Positions 62,861 to 64,000 of a DNA stretch of 64,000 nt are shown piece after piece. The notes beneath the pieces were generated by a model. That model searched no databases. It saw only the letters and a list, made by a program, of their open reading frames with translations, and was not told the DNA's origin. The stretch spans positions 320,001 to 384,000 of the forward strand of contig CAVYTU010000014.1 in the NCBI GenBank assembly GCA_963771465.1, written 5' to 3'. This DNA is from an uncultured delta proteobacterium. GTDB taxonomy: Bacteria; Desulfobacterota; Binatia; UBA9968. The position numbers and the translations under genes are program-made. The number at the start of each line of letters is the position of its first letter. The first letter of the stretch is position 1.

Positions 62861-63796
62861 ATGCGCATGGTTCGCCTACGTGCCGCCTGTCTATTGCTGC
62901 TTAGTTTCATGATTCCAAACGCGCGCGCCGAAATGCCAGGAAAATGGCAAAGCCGCGCGCCGATGCCTTCCGCCCGCACCGAAGTTGCCGCGGTGGAAGT
63001 GGGCGGCAAAATCTTCGTGATCGGTGGCTATGATAAAAGCGGTCAACTCGTCGAGGAATACGATCCGACCAAAGACAATTGGCGTGCTCGGGCGGCGTTG
63101 CCCAAACCGCTGCATCACGTCGGCGCCGCCGTGGTCAATGGAAAAATTTATGTCATCGGCGGCTACATTTCCGGTGTCGGTCCGGTCGATACGGTTTACG
63201 AATACGATCTCAGTGCGGATCGCTGGACGGTGAAAAAAGTCATGCCGACACCAAGAGGCGCTCTGGCAAGCGGAGTGATCGGCGGAAAAATATTCGCCGT
63301 CGGCGGCGTCACGACCACCAGCAGAAACACCGCGGCCAACGAAGCTTTCGATCCCGCGAAAGATCTCTGGACCAAGCACGCTCCGATCATGACGCCACGC
63401 GATCATCACGCCGTCGGCGTCCTCAACGGAAAACTTTATGCCATCGCCGGCCGCATCAACGGCAATCACAACCGCAGCATCGGCGACAACGAGGAATACG
63501 ATCCTGCGAGCGACCGCTGGCGCGTCCGCTCGCCGATCCCCACCGTGCGCAGCGGCATCGTCGCGGCAACGCTGGCCGGAAAGATATTCGTCTTTGGCGG
63601 CGAGTACGGCCGCCGCACCCATGCCAACGTCGAGTCCTACGATCCGGCCAATAATAAATGGCAACGCTGGTCGCCCATGCCCACCGCCCGCCACGGCCTC
63701 GGCGCCGCCGTCATCGGCAACTCGATCTACGTCATCTCCGGCGGCCCGCAGCCAGGTGCGACGTTCTCATCGGTTAACGAAATGTTCACACCGTAA
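62861..63796 (+). CDS. Secreted Kelch-repeat beta-propeller protein
   Basis: Signal peptide; six GKIYVIGG..YDP..W..MP..R repeats. Confidence 0.92.
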   Translation: MRMVRLRAACLLLLSFMIPNARAEMPGKWQSRAPMPSARTEVAAVEVGGKIFVIGGYDKSGQLVEEYDPTKDNWRARAALPKPLHHVGAAVVNGKIYVIGGYISGVGPVDTVYEYDLSADRWTVKKVMPTPRGALASGVIGGKIFAVGGVTTTSRNTAANEAFDPAKDLWTKHAPIMTPRDHHAVGVLNGKLYAIAGRINGNHNRSIGDNEEYDPASDRWRVRSPIPTVRSGIVAATLAGKIFVFGGEYGRRTHANVESYDPANNKWQRWSPMPTARHGLGAAVIGNSIYVISGGPQPGATFSSVNEMFTP

Positions 63797-63802
63797 AATA
63801 GT

Positions 63803-64000
63803 TCAGCCCTCATCCCTGTTACTCGAAGCGGCGAAAAAATCAGCGATTCGCTGCGGCACCCAATCAAGTGATCCCGGAAATGCTCCCGCAACGAAGCCCA
63901 CATGGCCGCCTGAATCAGGGAATTCCAATGTAACTGAAGCAGAAACTTCCGCGTCCGTCGGCAGCGCCGCCGCCGGAAATAAAGGATCGTTGCGGGCGTT
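63803..64000 (-). CDS. Alpha/beta hydrolase, YheT-like (C-terminal part only)
   Basis: Manual translation NARNDPLF..GGHVGFV..W..RI..FF..stop at 63803. Confidence 0.75.
   Translation of the reverse strand, partial: NARNDPLFPAAALPTDAEVSASVTLEFPDSGGHVGFVAGAFPGSLDWVPQRIADFFAASSNRDEG

Noticed and set aside
62861-63796. Periodic repeats suggesting an array
   Set aside because: Protein-level Kelch repeats with divergent DNA, not CRISPR

Overview
Bacterial chromosomal window, moderately GC-rich. The gene repertoire (many orphan solute-binding proteins, amidohydrolases, NIPSNAP and MetE-like proteins, Deltaproteobacteria-style kds/lpt/rpoN block) resembles Candidatus Binatia/Deltaproteobacteria; this placement is inference only. 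Housekeeping blocks are yacG, tRNA-Gly, pyrD, rlmE-galT, glmUS, mog/moaDE, hemW, metK-ahcY and kdsB-pyrG-kdsADC-lptCAB-rpoN-hpf-ptsN-rapZ-ptsH. They are interleaved with accessory genes. Most notable: (1) a co-directional cluster at 39.3-43.0 kb encoding a 3-His cupin, a divergent asparaginase-fold protein, a Co-type nitrile/thiocyanate hydratase alpha subunit with a triplicated N-terminal arm, and a stand-alone beta C-terminal (SH3-like) subunit; (2) an AT-richer GT2 synthase-GH26-BcsS-like polysaccharide cassette with a candidate sigma54 promoter; (3) a ~180-nt intergenic structure at 34.27-34.45 kb whose G-U pairs fit the + strand; (4) a candidate sigma54 kinase / sensor-only protein / lipoprotein module next to tRNA-Gly; (5) several single-base indels that break conserved motifs, which may be assembly errors. 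No CRISPR array, rRNA, integrase or transposase was seen. All product calls come from motif recognition by eye; no database searches were run.
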